64,000 bases of DNA from Mobula hypostoma (taxonomy: Eukaryota), in contig NC_086097.1 in assembly GCF_963921235.1 (NCBI RefSeq), positions 222,644,001-222,708,000 on the forward strand. The letters are read 5' to 3'. Position numbers and translations under genes: made by a program. Numbering within the stretch: position 1 is the stretch's first letter; every line of letters begins with the position of its first letter. The notes under the pieces are model-generated. The model was not told the DNA's origin. It made no database searches and saw nothing but the letters and a program-made list of their open reading frames with translations. Positions 62,629 through 64,000 of this stretch are shown here, in pieces.

Positions 62629-64000
62629 GCTAAGTCTCTCATTCTTTAGCTTTCACATTCTAGGATGCATTATAAGGTCTGCTTCTTTGGCTAAATATTT
62701 AGTCACTTCACCCGATCTATCTTATATACAGGAGCTGAACATGAGATCGTATGCAATACACCGCATCACAGCGGTGAAGTACCTTCTTTTATAATATTGA
62801 AAATGCTATGCATGTACATGTTGTCGCAGCTATAAGTTACACTGGGAATTCCAATGTCGCACTGAAGCAGCTGATAGGATTTTGTGGCTTCAAACCTTTT
62901 CTGAGAATCAGCTGGGGTGTTCCAAAGACAAGTGCATATCATAAATGACACTGCAAATCTGAATGTCATTTACGAACAGCCCTAGAAACTGTCTTGGGGG
63001 ATGCTGCTGTATGATTAACTTGTGATTGTTCTAGTGCTGCAAGCTAATAATAGTGATTTCTGTATGCAGCTGGCACCACCCACACTGCTCATGGCTGCAT
63101 GCATCTGCAAGTATCCATTTCATTCGGGACCCACACATAACATTCCTATATTTCACCTCTCTCCCTCATTCATTTAACTCCATTGTAAGCCTCACACCCA
63201 CATCTCACAACTTGCACAATGCCTCAACGCCTGAATGGATTGCACAAAATCACTGGTACACTTCTTTCTAAGGAGCTGCCCAGATCGTGAAGCAATGGGA
63301 TCTAGCATGGTTCCAAATCCCACAGAGGAGATAATGGTGGCCATTTTAGGAAGGTTACCCCTTGTTTTGCTTGCAGCCATTACAATTGGCAGAACTCGGA
63401 TAATTGAAGGTAACAGTGTCAGTGTACCCAATCCTCTTTCTTACATCATGCATTCTCTTCAGATTCACAAACTGAAATAGTCTGAGTGCACACTTCTCAT
63501 ACCACAAACCACCTTCATCCCTTTTCCATCAACAATTTCAAATACATCCAGGTAGTTTAAAAAATGACCAGAGAGGCAATGAAGATAAAAGGCTACTCAA
63601 ATTACCCTTCTCAGCCACCAGCAGAAATACTTGCTTTGCATGCAGGAGCGAAGGACATGTAATGAGAAAGTGGGCAAATATGACTTGCAGGGGGAAGTGA
63701 GTGTAGATGCCAGCTTTTAAGAGTGCAAGTTCTGCAGAAGACTCAAATGAAGGTTGTAAAAGACTGAAGGTTTCACTTCCCAATATATATAATCAGTGTA
63801 GGAAGTATTCCCCAAGTTCAAAATGGTATTCTGCTCAAATCACTACATGAATTAGTACTCTCATCAATTTCCTTCACTGATGCACCTTTCTTAAATTCTC
63901 ACATGGAATAACTCCCTAATTTTCTCTTCAATTGGTCCCTCTTCAAATACCCAAATTTAGTTGGGGGGAAGTAGATGGGGGGAGGAGGATGGGGAGAGGG

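Noticed and set aside
23000..64000. Exons of TERF1 or SBSPON, the neighbours of KCNB2 in human
   Set aside because: I could not recognise matching peptides in the ORF track. Short exons could be missed without a search.

Overview
This is vertebrate genomic DNA, most likely from a cartilaginous fish (ray or shark, inferred from the repeat landscape). The only host gene I can support is KCNB2 (Kv2.2 voltage-gated K+ channel, + strand). Its last coding exon is 20897-22978, so bases 1-20896 are the end of its large intron, and a repeat-poor putative 3' UTR follows. The rest is dominated by decayed and often nested mobile elements: CR1, Rex1/Babar, L1, a Nimb/I-like LINE, a Penelope-like element (PLE), tRNA-derived SINEs, Gypsy-type LTR remnants, and hAT, Tigger and Tc1 DNA transposons. 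The most interesting signal is a dispersed ~120-130 bp repeat matching the 3' terminus of the PLE. It carries a minimal type-I hammerhead ribozyme motif (consensus cagtc-CTGANGA-a-ggg-tctcgg-ccc-GAAA-cg-TC^gactg). One copy sits in a 14-bp target-site duplication (TSD), another begins at the predicted self-cleavage site, and several form inverted pairs. Every copy here has at least one defect in the catalytic core, so activity is inferred for the family consensus, not for these loci. Repeat boundaries are approximate unless a TSD or terminal inverted repeat (TIR) is quoted.
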